Below, in pieces: positions 62,645 through 64,000 of a stretch of 64,000 nt of DNA. The DNA lies in the NCBI RefSeq assembly GCF_964188315.1, contig NC_135666.1, positions 18,414,001 through 18,478,000 on the forward strand, read 5' to 3'. The stretch is from Podarcis muralis. Its lineage: Eukaryota. A program made the position numbers and the translations under genes. The notes under the pieces were generated by a model that saw nothing but the letters and a program-made list of their open reading frames with translations, ran no database searches and was not told where the DNA came from. Numbering within the stretch: the stretch's first letter is position 1; each line of letters opens with the position of its first letter.

Positions 62645-64000
62645 TTTATCCTGTCGGAGAAGGTTAGATGACATAGTGTTGAATTAAAATATTCCCAAAG
62701 AGCTATAGCTTGGCTGTGCCTTGTCATATGATACTCCATTGTAAAGAAGAGGCTTTCAGGTGATATCCAGCTAAGTCATTTTCAGATTAGACCCATTTGA
62801 AATGGTTACTGAAGTCTGCTGATTTCAAGGGGGTCAACTCTAACTAGTGTTGGATACCACTCTCTGTATTTGTTTCTGTTTTCAGAGACAAGAGGAAGAT
62901 TCTGTTTCATTTTTATTGTTAACAGAAGAATACTGCAATATCTGTTTTATTATTTAATGCTATCATTTCCTCAGGATTGCTTGGTGAAATCAAGAGCACA
63001 TGACCATGATTAGTGCTGTTCATGGTTTGTTGCCTTAATCAGAGAAAGGCTGTGTTCACACACAGTGCTAAACCACAGTTAAGCACTATGAGTGATAGGG
63101 AGCTTCAAGCTTTTGTGTTCTTCTTCTCCCTTCCCCTCAAAATCCTGAGGCCCGCATGTCTAAACTGTTGTTTAACTTTATATATGAATCAGACCATACA
63201 GCAAAGCTATGATTTAGCTTACTGCACTAAGCAGTGCTTGTGTTGGGAGACACCAATGACATGTGTTTGCTATCTTGAAACAGGCTGGAGAAGTGGCAAA
63301 AAGTGCCTTTGATGTGGCTTGCATGGTGCAGACATGTTGCTTAACCACAGTTAATGCAAACTCACTCCAAGCAGCAGTTTCCACCTTGGATTTTTTCAGT
63401 CCTTGATCATGGTTTCCATATTTAGATGCAACACTTAGCCATGGTGAAGAACAGCAAACCAAAGTCACACATTATTTTATGGGTATGAAGACCATGGGTC
63501 TTTACATTTCTCTTTTACCATCAAGTGAGGAAGTTTTATAGCCAGGTTGGCTTTGTGTTTGAATGAATTTCCTTGAAATGTTTTTAGTTTTACTTCTACA
63601 TTTCTTGAAGTCATTGAGTAGTTGACCTGCAGTATTTGTGTTGGGGATGAGATTATTTCTGTATAGGTAGCAAAACATTTATTTCGTAGCAATCTCTGAG
63701 GAGCATGCCATAAACCTGTAAAATGTTTACAACCTTTAGGTGTAAACTTGGCTTCCTTGAAGTCCATAGATAAGTGCATTGCTTTAGTCTGTCAGTTGTG
63801 AAATACTTTAAGTCAGTTTCAGAATGTCATCAAAGGGAAAAATGTAGCTGGGTGTAAGCAGGAAATAAGAGACTTCACTTGTTTTTACTTGTGGGGTGTA
63901 GCTAAGTGATCATATTGTTGTGCTGTTTTATGCAGTTTCCTGATAAACTGGCCAGTCTTCTTACACACTGTGTAAGCTGAATATAAAGCAGTGGATATAG

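Overview
Squamate genomic DNA, almost certainly from a lacertid lizard (Podarcis-like, judged from the Sauria SINE sequences). It is non-coding and rich in transposon remnants, consistent with a large intron or intergenic interval, and has a 142-nt assembly gap at 51480-51621. I could not recognise any host protein-coding exon. The only ORFs I could assign are retrotransposon remnants: an L1 ORF2 C-terminus, a BovB/RTE C-terminus and an L2 reverse transcriptase. The other six-frame ORFs look like chance or repeat-derived frames. The window holds five Sauria SINEs (four young, with target-site duplications, TSDs), SINEs with tRNA-Lys, tRNA-Asn, tRNA-Ala, CORE-like and 5S-like heads, CR1 3' ends, many hAT, Tigger/pogo and Harbinger-like MITEs, and microsatellites. 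Points of interest are several nested insertions, a ~345-bp foldback, a perfect 40-bp tandem duplication of an AP-1 motif, two candidate Pol II promoter motif clusters (~355 and ~22.7-22.9 kb) and a few candidate cryptic or non-coding exons. I found no evidence of a novel multi-gene system. Repeat family names come from recall of consensus features, not from a database search.
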